From assembly GCA_050613775.1 (NCBI GenBank), contig JBODTK010000014.1, forward strand, positions 558,001 through 622,000: a stretch of DNA of 64,000 nucleotides, read 5' to 3'. This DNA comes from Neocallimastix sp. 'constans' (taxonomy: Eukaryota). Position 1 is the first letter of the stretch, and every line of letters starts with the position of its first letter. Of the stretch, positions 13,791-25,588 are shown one piece after another. A program made the position numbers and the translations under genes. The notes beneath the pieces were generated by a model that worked only from the letters and a program-made list of their open reading frames with translations, was not told the DNA's origin and made no database searches.

Positions 13791-14514
13791 TGTAAAATGT
13801 TGTAATGGAAACAGATTACAAATAACAAAATTTTAACACTAAAATTAAAAGAACACGTAATAAAAAAATCTTTTTTAATAAATAACCTTTTATTAATTTT
13901 AAAAATAAATCTCTTATTGTTATTAACTATTTGTTAGTCAATAACTAATACATCGATTTAAATAATGAATTTTACATGTATTTATATTTTTTTCATGATT
14001 ACATTTTAATATATTAAACCTATTTAATATACATATATTACTATTTATTTATAAACAAAATATTTATTAATAATTTTATTAAATAATAATTAACTAAAAC
14101 TAAACAATAATTAATTCAATAAACTTTCAACTTATTTCTAATAATAATTGAATTCAATAAGAACTCATTTATTATTTATTTATTATTTAAATATTATTAA
14201 TACTAATATTTATATATTTACAATTCAAAACTATTTTTGTAAACTATTTAAACTAATTTTAACTATTTAAAACTATTCCGAAATTAATTTTAAAGTATTT
14301 TAAACTAACTAAACTAAATTAACTAAGTTAAATAAAATAACTAAATTAAATAAACTAAATTAACTAACTTAAATAAATTATTTAGATTAAATTTATTATC
14401 CAAAATTATTTAAATAATAATTTATCCTTTATAAAAAGTTTACATAAATTTATAATTAATACATTAATTAATTATTATATAATTAATTATTAAAGATTTT
14501 ATTAAATCTTTACA
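13791..14514 (-). mobile_element. 5' LTR of Gypsy X (family I) with self-priming PBS
   Basis: TGTAAA...TTTACA termini; related solo LTR at 33969-34733; 13781-13792 is the exact reverse complement of 13939-13950. Confidence 0.85.
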
Positions 14515-15249
14515 ATAAATAATAATAAAAACATATCAGAATTTTGAATTGTAGTTTTATTTTTATGTGTATACGAGGGTTAAGTATGTATATATATCTA
14601 CTCAATTATCATTATTATGATATTATTTATATTCCAAAATAAATTATTTGAAAATTATTTTTCTATATCTTTGTTATAAAGTGTTAGAGTAAATTATGCT
14701 ATTCTATATATCATTTATATTATTATCAATTTGTTTATACTATATATATTCTAATATTTCTAATTTATTTATTATTCTTTATATTGTTTTATATATTTTA
14801 TTCTATTATATATATTATCTTTTCTTATATCTGTTATTGTTATTATTATTATTATTATTATCTGTAACGACATGAGTATTGATATAGGTTTAAACAAAAA
14901 ATAAGTTAATTTAGAAAGGTTAAATTATAAAATAATATATTTTAATAAAAGATAAAAAAATTAATAATTACACCAAATAAATATAAAATAGAGAATTGTA
15001 ACAACTTATAAGAATAATAAGAAGTTATATTTTTTTTTTAAACATAATAGGTTCTAAAGAAATTTTAAAAAAATGTTTTTATTAAAAATATGCTTTTATT
15101 ATTATTTTTATTTTAACCTTTTATTAGTTTTTATTAATTAATTTTTATTGTAATTTTTTTTTTACCTTTATTTCTTCGATTGTTATTATTTTTATTTTTA
15201 TTTTTATTATTATTATTATTATTACTATTTTTATTGCTTGATCTGTTAT

Positions 15250-15500
15250 TTTTTGTTTAATAGTTTGGAGTCGTTGACTGGCTGTGAAAGTAGGGTCGTT
15301 GTTGCTAAACATAGCCTTAAGTCAGTTCTTGAAGGCTTCATAATCATTTAGACATGGATCTTTTTTTTTTTCTATAAGTGACCCAGCCCAGTTCATAGCG
15401 TCACCATAGAGTCGGGAAATGATATATAAATTACTTTTGTAGTGTCATCTTTTGGTGTACCAGTCAGGATAGAAGAGGAAAATCAGTTCGATTTTTTGTC
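15250..15500 (-). pseudogene. gag: Gypsy gag fragment, inverted relative to the adjacent pol
   Basis: Manual translation gives ...TKVIYIISRLYGDAMNWAGSLIEK...FTASQRLQTIKQK, with frameshifts and a stop. Confidence 0.75.
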
Positions 15501-17840
15501 AGAGATCTTATGGAATCGTTCAAGGGAGCAAAAATTTTCACCCGCTTAGATCTACGCTCAGCGTACAACTTGGTTCGTGTTAAGGAAGGACACGAATACC
15601 TTACTGCTTTTAGGACTCCAATTGGCCATTTTGAGTATTTGGTCATGCCTTTTGGACTCCGTAACGCCCCTTCCGTTTTCCAAAGATTTATCCAGGACGT
15701 TTTGGCAGATTGCATAGGTTTCTACGTTCAAGTATACTTAGACGATATAATTATTTACTCCTCCTCTACCGATATACATGTGAAACATGTCTGTACTGTC
15801 TTAAAATTACTAATTGACAATGGTCTCTACGTCAAATTAGAGAAGTATGACTTTCATGTTAAGGAAACAAAGTTTTTGGGTTTAATAGTATCCACCGAAG
15901 GTCTAACTATAGATAAAAGTAAACTCAAATATATTATCGACTGGCCCGCTCCAAAGAATGTTAAGGAACTTCAGAGCTTCCTAGGACTCTGCAACTTCTA
16001 TCGCAAATTCATTAGAAATTTCTCTACAATTATTGAACCTCTTCGAACCCTCTTGAAGAACACTGACTTTATTTGGGACGTTAGGGCAGACAATGCCTTC
16101 AATGAATTAAAGAATGCTTTCTCTGGTAACGAAGTACTCATCTACCCGGATCCTGAAAAGGAATTCGTTGTGGAAATCGATGCCAGCGATTATGCTGTTG
16201 GATGCATCCTTTCCCAAGTTTTTTTTAAAGATAGTCAACATCACCCAATCGCATTCTACTCCAGATCACTCACTACTGCAGAAGCAAACTACACAATTTA
16301 TGATAAAGAGCTTCTCGCAATTATCGTAGCTTTCGATGTCTGGAGGCACCATTTAGAAGGTGCTAAATTCCCTGTACAAGTCATAACTGATCATAAAAAC
16401 CTCCTTTACTTCAAGAACCTTAAAACCTTAACCAACGCCAAATCAGATGGAGCTTATTTTTATCAAAGTTTATTTTCAGAATTTCATACAGAGCTGGTAA
16501 TAAAAGTGGTAAATCAACTCACTGTCAAGAAAACCAGATTACATACCAAAAGGAAGAAATAATACCACAGTTAACCCTATTCTTAATGAAGACATCTTCT
16601 GCTGTACTACAAATGATAATTTAAACTCCTTAATTAAGGATCAAAATGAGGATAGCTATTGTAAAGGAATACTTTAGAAAATTTCAGATAATAATGGATT
16701 AGTTAAAAGTTCTCTTTTCAGGTCATTAATGGTATTCTCCATTTCCAAAAAAGAATAATCGTTCCATACACCCTCAGAGGTAAGGTACTCAAATCATTCC
16801 ATGATACCTCAACAAATGGTCACCAAAGTGTAGATAAAACACTGGAAAAACTTAAGCGGTTTTATTGGTGGCCTAATATGATCAAGGACGTTCAAAACTA
16901 CGTCAGCTCTTGTACAATCTGTGGAAGAAACAAAATACGCCGCCATAAGCCTTATGGTAAAATTCATCCACTTCCAGTTCCCAACAAGACGTGGGAAATC
17001 ATCGGTGTCGATTTTATAGTTTCTCTCCCAAGTTCACAAAATTGTACGTGCATCATGGTTGTTGATGATCATCTTACAAAAATGATTCACTTAGTGCCTT
17101 GCTCTGATGTTCCAACTGCCGATCTAACCGCCAAAATGCTTCTATTTAATATTTTTAGGTATCACGGCTTTCCAAGAATAATTATTTCCGATCATGGCTC
17201 CCAGTTTTCATCCGAGTTCTGGACTTCATTCTGCTCCGCCTTGAATACAAAACCTAGACTCGATACTGCCCACCATCAACAATCCAATGGTCAAGTGGAA
17301 CGGGCTAATTCTGTAATTGAGCAATATCTTCGTTGTTATTGTTCTACTGCTCAGAGCGAATGGAACTTTTACCTTCCCTTATGTGAGATGGCATATAATA
17401 ATTCTCTACATAAATCAATTGGAATGTTTCCTTTTCGCGCAAACTATGGATTTAACCCGGTTTGTAATATTGACGCTCCTCCTATTTTGCTGAAAGATAA
17501 CGCTTCGGTCTTGACTAGGGATTGGTCCGCTCATTTCGAGGCACTTAGAGTTCATCTTACTAAAGCAAAAGAAGACTTCAAAAAATATTCTGATTCTAGA
17601 AAAGCTTTCGGCCCTTCCTTCAAAGTTGGTGACCTTGCTTGGCTAAAGCGTTACTATTTTACCAATGAACCCGCTAAAAAACTATCAAATCAATATTTAG
17701 GTCCGTTCAAGATCATTGAAGTGCGGGAAAGAATGAACTACTGGTTAGAACTACCAGAAAATCTTCACTTACACCCGGTATTTCATATCTCACAACTGGA
17801 GCCATACACCAAAAGGAAGCCTGAACTAAATGATCATTAG
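15501..17840 (+). pseudogene. pol: 5'-truncated Tf1-like Gypsy Z pol (RT-RNase H-integrase)
   Basis: ORFs 15510-16562 and 16878-17840: LDLRSAYN, YLDD, GVDF, NGQVER, GPF, HPVFHISQLEPY. Confidence 0.95.
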
Positions 17841-17849
17841 AAGCGGCAA

Positions 17850-18684
17850 TGTAAGAAATTAGACTTATTGTTATAAGTCTATATTTCTTAATCCTTAATA
17901 ATTATAAAATAATTATTAAGTTTACTTAATTTTATAAATAATTCATTATTAATAATGTAGCAAATTTTATTAAATTATGTATTAAATTTTACTAAATTTA
18001 TTTTGTATTTATTTTGTATGTATTTCTATATTCATTTCTGTATTTATTTCTGTATGTTTCTTAATTTTATTTTATTCGTAAGTTAATTCGGTTAAATTGT
18101 TAAAGTGTGAATTAATTTAACCGTTTAACTTACGTAATTTAGAACATCGGTTATTAAGGTTTTTCCATAAAAATGGTTTTACTTAATAATACGATAACCA
18201 ATAACCAATAAGTATAGATTATTGGTTGAAATCTTTCCAGGTTTTTCTACTAATCTTTTCCTGGAAAGTATTTTGTTAAGATTAGAAATTTTTTATTTCT
18301 TTATTGTAAAGTATAAAAAGGACTCTTGAGTTTCATTTCGAAAATCAAGAGTTATTATTATAAGAAATTGCAATAATAATAATAAATATTTATAATTTTT
18401 TAATAAAATATTTAAATCTTAAATAAAAAAATTTATAATAATTTTTTAAAATAAAATTTATAATAAAAATATAAAATATTTTAATAATAAAACGTATTAA
18501 TAAATTATCATAAAACATATTTTTTTTATTTTTACTTTCACACTTAGTGTTCTAAGTTTATTATACTTTCTTATAATAAACTCTCTCTTAAGTATTTAAA
18601 TTATTATTTTATTTTGTTCTAATTAATATTAATATTAATATTAATAGAGATAATAATTTCTATATTTTTGTAGAAATTATTACA
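17850..18684 (+). mobile_element. 3' LTR of Gypsy Z
   Basis: PPT AGAAGCGGCAA then TGTAAG...ATTACA; TATA at ~18312. Confidence 0.88.
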
Positions 18685-18689
18685 TTCTG

Positions 18690-19511
18690 TGTAAGAATCT
18701 ATAATTATTTGCTAACAAATAATTATATTTTCTTAGTTAAGTTATTATAACTATAACTTTATTTAATTACATATAATATTTATTCATTAAATTTATTTAA
18801 TTTAATTTTAAATATTCATTAATTTAACAAAATTTATTTAATTAATTTTAAATAATATATTTACAATATATTAATTTCTCTACTGTAACTATTGTATTCT
18901 GTATTGTATTCTGTATTGTATTCTGTATTTTATAATGTAATTTGTATTTTATTAACTATTTAATTTTATATTTTTAATATAAGGATAAATTATATGATCG
19001 AAATATCTTTTATTATTTTCTTTTATTTTCGATCATTAAATTAGATTAGAAAATCGGTTAATTAATATTTTTCCCAATTACTTTTTAGAAGTAATCGGTT
19101 TTACTTAATTAATGCGATGATTGATATGGATAGAATATCAATCAAAAACTTATCTAGGTTTTTCTATCTAATCTTTTCCTAGATAAGAGATTTGTTAAGA
19201 TTAGAAAACCCTTTCTTATTTAACCTTATTTTCATAAAAAATATAAATAAGGCTCTTGAGTTCTCTTTGAGAAATCAAGAGTTATTATTATAAGAAAATA
19301 TAATAATAAAAAACTCAATAAAATAATTATTAAACTTAACAAAATTTAAAAATAAAAAAAATTTTATATATATATCTTTTATTATAACGTATTCTCCTCA
19401 ACTCTTATAATAAACTCGACTTTTAAGGTAAAATTCTCAATTTATTAATATTATTATTAATAAATTAAAGATAACAATTTTATTATAAGAAATTATAATA
19501 AAATTGTTACA
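18690..19511 (+). mobile_element. Solo LTR family B
   Basis: TGTAAGAATCTAT...GTTACA with TSD TTCTG on both sides. Confidence 0.92.
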
Positions 19512-19603
19512 TTCTGTGTAAGAACTACTTTATGAAGTTATTCATAAATTAGTTCTGTACTACAATTTATTAATGAAAAACATTAATAGATTGAGAGGTG
19601 TAA

Positions 19604-20479
19604 TGTAAGATATACTTACTTTGGTCGAGTTTATTATAAGGGTTAACAACTAATAACACAGATTCAAATATTAGAACACAGTATTTGTTTATTATTTTAA
19701 GATAATTATGTTTTAAGATGCTTTATTAATTAATAATGTTTTTTAAGATTTAAAATAATAAGAATAATTTTTTATTTTATTTGGTTATTATTATTGTTCT
19801 TTCTTATAATAATAACTCTTGATTTCTCTAAAGCGAACTCAAGAGTGATATTTATACTTTTTAATTAAAATAAGGTTAAATTTAAAAAAAGTGCTTTCTA
19901 ATCTTAACAAATCTCTTATCTAGGAAAAGATAAGACAGAAAAACCTAGATAAGATTTTTGATCGATATTCTATCAATATCGATCATCGTATCAATTAGGT
20001 AAAACCAATTACTTTTAAGAAGTGATTGGGAAAACTCTAATTAACCGATTCGCTAATCTAATCTAATTGATCGAAAATAAAAGAATAGAATAATAAAAGA
20101 TATTTCGATCATAAAATCATAAATTTATAAATAAGGAAAATAACATAATAATAATATTAATAAACAAAATACAGTATACATTATTAAGTACATATTAGAA
20201 TACATAATATATTTGTTTACATTTTAATTAAATAAATAAAGACTAATAAATTTAATAATTAAATGTATAATTAAATAAACTATAATTATTTATAAATGTA
20301 TAAATAATAATTAATTAAATAAATTTGTTGTATTAAATTAATGAAAATTTAATATTGAGTTTAATAAATTATTAATAATATTTAAATGAATAAATATTAT
20401 ATAATTAAATAAAGTTATAATTATAACTTAACTAAGAAAATATCATTATTTTATTTAAAAATAATTATAGATTCTTACA
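19604..20479 (-). mobile_element. Solo LTR family B
   Basis: Reverse complement of family B; its terminal 12 nt are duplicated at 21716-21727. Confidence 0.85.
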
Positions 20480-20482
20480 TTC

Positions 20483-21710
20483 TGATACGGGGTGTCACTA
20501 AATACCTTGTATTTCCTATTAAATACTCTTAATAATAATATAATAAAAATTATTATTAAATCTTATTATTAAAATCTTTTATTAATATTAAATATAATAA
20601 AAATTATTATTAAATATTCTTATTAATTTCTTTTATTAATATCAAATATTATAAAAATTATTATTAAATATTCTTATAAATTTCTTTTATTAATATTAAA
20701 TATAATAAAAATTATTATTAAATATTCTTATTAATTTCCTTTATTAATATCAAATATTATAAAAATTATTATTAAATATTCTTATTAATTTCTTTTATTA
20801 ATATTAAATATAACAAAAATTATTATTAAATATTCATATTAATTTCTTTTATTAATATCAAATCTAATAAAAATTATTATTAAATATTCTTATTAATTTC
20901 TTTTATTAATATTAAATATAATAAAAATTATTATTAAATATTCTTATTAATTTCTTTTATTAATATTAAATATAATAAAAATTATTATTAAATATTTTTA
21001 TTAAAATCTTTTATTAATATCAAATATAATAAAAATTATTACTAAATATTCTTATTAAAAATTATATATAATTTAAATCATTACTAATTCTTATTTTTAT
21101 ATTAAAGTGTAATAAAAACCTATTTCAATAAATATTTGATATAAAATACAGAATTATAAGTTTCTGTATAATATTTTCTAAACCTTTGAAATAAACTAAA
21201 AATAAATCAAAAATCAAAAATAAATTAAATCTTTATTAAAATAAAAATGAACTAAAATACAGAAGAATTTCAATAATAAAAATGATCTAAAATACAGAAA
21301 ATATCAATTCTGTATAATTTTCTCTCTGAAAAACAATATCAAGAAGAAGCTACCGCCTGGAATGCCTTTCGTGATACAATCTTTAAATTAATTTTTATAT
21401 TTTAATTTAATAAATATTATTTTTTATTAAAATAATTTAAAATAATAGTTAAAAATTAAAATAAAATATTAGTTTTTTTTATAAAAAATATATTAATGAT
21501 TAATAAAATGTATTAAAATAAAAGTATAAAAAGAAGAATAAATTTCTTTCTTTTTAATACTTGGAACAAATAATTTTAATTTTAAATTTAAATAAAGAAT
21601 ATTTTAAAATTTAATTTTTTTCTTGTTTCCAAATTTATTTTTATAGTGATGTGTTAATATTTATTTTTTTTGTTTTGAATATCTTAGTGTTTCAACCCCA
21701 GCCCGTATCA
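20483..21710 (+). mobile_element. Solo LTR family A
   Basis: TGATACGGG...CCCGTATCA with 4-bp TSD ATTC. Confidence 0.93.
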
Positions 21711-21727
21711 ATTCTTAGATTCTTACA

Positions 21728-22246
21728 TGTATAAAGAAAATTTTATGGATTAAAAATATTTTATTTGAATTACTTAATTTTAAAAAACCAATAACTTTAT
21801 ATACTGATAATTTACCAAGTAAAATTGCAATGGAAAATGGAGATTTAAATCCAAAACTAAAACATATTTCAATCAAATATCACTTTAATAGAGATAACAT
21901 TAAAAACTTCGCAAATCAGATTTTTACTAATAATTAAAAAGCTGGTTTGAGGAGGAGTGTTATAATATAAATAAATAAAATAAATAAGTTAAATAAATAA
22001 TTTTATATATAAATAATAATTAATAAAATATAATAATATGTTAAATTAACATTAATTATGTTAATGACATAAATCTATAAAATATAACATAAATGTATGA
22101 TCATACTATAAATTCATATAAATCATATGATATATCATGTATATAATTAATGTAAATCTTACACATTAAATGTGTAGTCTCTCTAATATAAATTTAATAA
22201 ATAAAAATATATATATTTAAAAATAGATCAGCCCTGTCTGTTAATA

Positions 22247-22291
<45 letters not shown>

Positions 22292-22355
22292 TAATGTATG
22301 TATATAATAAGTATTTTTATTATATTCTCTACTTTTATTCTCAAGTATATTATCA
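21728..22355 (+). mobile_element. Ty1/Copia remnant: RNase H fragment, PPT and 3' LTR starting at 21958 (end uncertain)
   Basis: Manual translation CIKKILWIKNILFEL...PITLYTDN...KLKHISIKYHF; GAGGAGGAG followed by TGTTA. Confidence 0.8.
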
Positions 22356-22559
22356 ATATATTGGAATAAATTATCTTTTTGTTGGTTCAATAATCTTTTA
22401 ATTGGATTATATCATTAATTTTATGTTTTTCATGCATAAAGTTATTTTCTACTTTATATTGTAATAAATATGAGTCTACATTAGCTAATATATTAGAATA
22501 GTATTCTATTATACATCTTTTCAATTGAAGTATTTAAATTAAAATTTTTCTTAATTTAT

Positions 22560-22999
22560 ATACATAGACTGCACATATTGGTTACCCATCTCCCAATATG
22601 GCCATACAGTTATTAATTAACTGTATGGTGATGAGTTATTGGCATACTGTATCAGCTTCGCCGCTCGCAATCGTCGTTACACACTGCCGGAGATTCATTC
22701 CTAACGTTCCTACATATATCTCTATTGACTACGAGCATCAGAACGGAATCATTAACTCCTCCCTAGTGGGTGTAATCATTGGAGATTGGAAATATTACAA
22801 TTATCAAGGTCTATGCTTCAATTCAAAGCTTAGTATCAGGGTTGGGTGAAATAATCATTTGAGGGAAAGCCTTATGAATATCACGGTCTCATGATATCCC
22901 AGGATAGAAACCTCGTCCGATCATTTGATGCCATGCCGAGGATTCGAACCCCCCCTCTACAGTAACCTGTATCGTCCTAACCGACTGGACCAACATGGC
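22560..22999 (-). mobile_element. tRNA-derived SINE (SINE-1), 440 bp
   Basis: tRNA head at the exact 5' end, GC-richer body, 13-bp TSD TTTCTTAATTTAT (22547-22559 and 23000-23012). Confidence 0.85.
22929..22999 (-). pseudogene. tRNA-like head (His-like acceptor stem) with a collapsed anticodon loop
   Basis: GCCATGT/GCATGGC acceptor, GTCC/GGAC D stem, A box, B box GGTTCGAATCC; anticodon arm TACAG-GTTA-CTGTA has only a 4-nt loop. Confidence 0.8.
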
Positions 23000-23016
23000 T
23001 TTCTTAATTTATTTTG

Positions 23017-23973
23017 TATAATAATTTAATTATAAAATTAATTATAATTAAATTATTAACTACAACTTAATAATAACTAAATAATATTTATTATTAAATT
23101 GAGAAAGCAAAAAAGATAAATATACTTATCTTCTATAAGAGAGAGTTTATTATAACTAATTATAATAAACTAATAACACAGAATTGTCAAAGAGAAAAGA
23201 TTATATTATTTTATTTTATTTTTAAATTTGTTTTATTAAAACTTACTTTATTAAAATAGAAATATAAAATATTTATTAATGTTATTACTATATTATAATT
23301 GTTATAATAATAACTCTTTATTTCTCAAAGAGAATTCAAGAGCCTTATTAATACTTTTTTGAAAAATAAGGTTAAATTAAAAAATGTTTTCTAATCTTAA
23401 CAAATCTCTTATCTAGGAAAAGATTAGAGAGAAAAACCTAGATAAGATTTTTGATCAATATTCTATCAATATCGATCATCGTATCAATAGGTAAAACCAA
23501 TTACTTTTAAGAAGTAATTGGGAAAAACCCTAATTGACCGATTCGCTAATCTAATGTAATTGATCGAAAATAAAAGAATAAAATAATAAAAAATATTTCG
23601 ATCATAAAATCATAAATTTACAAATAAGGAAAATAACATAATAATAATATTAATAAACAAAATACAGAATACATTATTAAATACATATTAGAATACATAA
23701 TATATTTGTTTACAATTTAATTAAATAAATAAAGACTAATAAATTTAATAATTAAATGTATAATTAAATAAACTATAATTATTTATAAATGTATAAATAA
23801 TAATTAATTAAATAAATTTTGTTGTATTAAATTAATGAATATTTAATATTGAGTTAAATAAACTATTATTAATATTTAAATGAATAAATATTATATAATT
23901 AAATAAAATTATAATTATAACTTAACTAAGAAAATATAATTATTTTATTTAAAAATAATTATAGATTCTTACA
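23017..23973 (-). mobile_element. Solo LTR family B
   Basis: Reverse complement of family B; TSD TTTTG (23012-16 and 23974-78); left terminus TG mutated to TA. Confidence 0.88.
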
Positions 23974-23976
23974 TTT

Positions 23977-24602
23977 TGATAAATAACCAAATTATAAATT
24001 AAGAAGAATCAATAAAATGGAATAATAACCCTCTTCATTAGTTATTGATAATTATAAAATAATATTTTAATAAAAATAAATTAAAAGATTTAAAATTATT
24101 AAATAATTATTATTTTAATTTAAAGAACAATGTATTTTATATTAAATTATTCTTTTATTTTACTTTAACGATTTTAAATTAAATCTCAGTTTAAATTGAT
24201 ATTAATATTAATTAAAAAGAAACTTATTAATAATAACAAAATTGTTTATTTTATCTTAAAAGTGTTTACTTAAAATAATTATATAGTTTTATTTTAAATA
24301 ATTTAAACTTAAAAGAAAAATATAAAAACTTGTAAATATTTCTTTAAAAATAGAAAAATCAGAATTCAAGAATTAAAAATTTAAAATTTAAGTTTTAATA
24401 AATTATTTTCTTTTATTCTCATTTATTTTAAATACTTTTTATTAAGAATATAAATATTCAAAATAATAAAAAGTACATTTTTATATTAATAAATAAAGTT
24501 TTATTATAAAAAAACAAATATTCTTTTCTTACTTTAAACTTTAGTGTTTTAATTAACATTATTGTGTTAATAACTACCTTTTTAATTGACACATTATTAT
24601 CA
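23977..24602. mobile_element. Probable solo LTR
   Basis: TGATAA...TTATCA termini; flanks ATTT/CTTT; partly similar to ~4150-4460. Confidence 0.5.
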
Positions 24603-24652
24603 CTTTTACAGTAAATTCTAAATTAAGATAATAATCAACATTTGTCAATTTT

Positions 24653-25164
24653 TGATACGTTACTCATAGAATAATAGAAAATAATTGTAAAAAAATAGAA
24701 AATAACAATATTAATATGTGGATTAGTGAAGAATATTAAATATTTTAATATAATTAAATAATAATTAACTACCAATAGGAATTGAGAAAATTTAGTATAA
24801 AAAGATCAATTATTAAATAATTAGAAAGGGGAATTCTTAGAGAAAAAGAATTACTCAATAGTTAAAATAAAAGATTTATACTTTATAATTAAGATTAGAA
24901 AATAGAGAGAGAAATTTTATAATAAATAATAAATAGAGAAAAGAGATTTTAGAGTTAAATATATAAAATTATTAATTTGAAATATAAAAGCAGAGAAAAT
25001 AATAAAATACTAAAATAAAAATATTAAATAATATTATTATCTATGTTTAAATTAATTTTTTATTTGAGTGTTATTTAATTCTTATTATTAGAATATATTA
25101 TTTTATATTAAGAAAACTTGTTTGTTCCGACCCTAAAGTGACTTTTTTTATAAGTTAGGTATCA
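24653..25164. mobile_element. Solo LTR family M
   Basis: TGATAC...GTATCA with TSD TTTT; diverged inverted relative at 26525-27058. Confidence 0.7.
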
Positions 25165-25168
25165 TTTT

Positions 25169-25588
25169 TGATAAAGAATAGAATAATAATGATATTTTTA
25201 ACATAAATTCTTAATAATTTATTATATAAAAATATATTATTATATTCTTTACTATTAATAATTTTCTTATATTCTATAAAATAATTTTTATATTAATTAT
25301 ATTTTATTATTTTAAATATTAATTTATGTAATTTATGTAATTAATTAATTTATATGATTGGATTTAAATTTAGAATAAAATCATTATTAATATTAATTGA
25401 ACCTGAAATTTTTAATTTTCTAATTTTAAATATTTATTTAATCTGATCTTAATTTTGGACAAATATCTAAAAGTTGTACAAAAGAATTGTCACATTTTGA
25501 ATTTGCTAAGTCCTTCGCTATATTATAAGGTTTAGTGTGAGTAGCGCTAGCTAAAATTGTATGTTTTTCATTAATAAGATTATTATTA
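25169..25588. mobile_element. Probable solo LTR
   Basis: TGATAAAGAAT start, TTATTA end (CA mutated to TA), TTTT on both sides, next TGATAT at 25593. Confidence 0.45.

Noticed and set aside
22598..22849. 83-aa ORF (also the 67-aa ORFs at 31313-31516 and 57500-57703)
   Set aside because: Chance ORFs over SINE or LTR/PBS sequence with no protein-like features.
22560..22930. Twister, HDV or hammerhead ribozyme in the SINE-1 body
   Set aside because: Only fragments (ACACTGCC, GGCGAAG) are present; I could not assemble the required stems or catalytic cores by eye.
22929..22999. Functional tRNA gene
   Set aside because: Anticodon loop of 4 nt, T-stem mismatch, no downstream T-run terminator, and it lies inside a TSD-flanked insertion.
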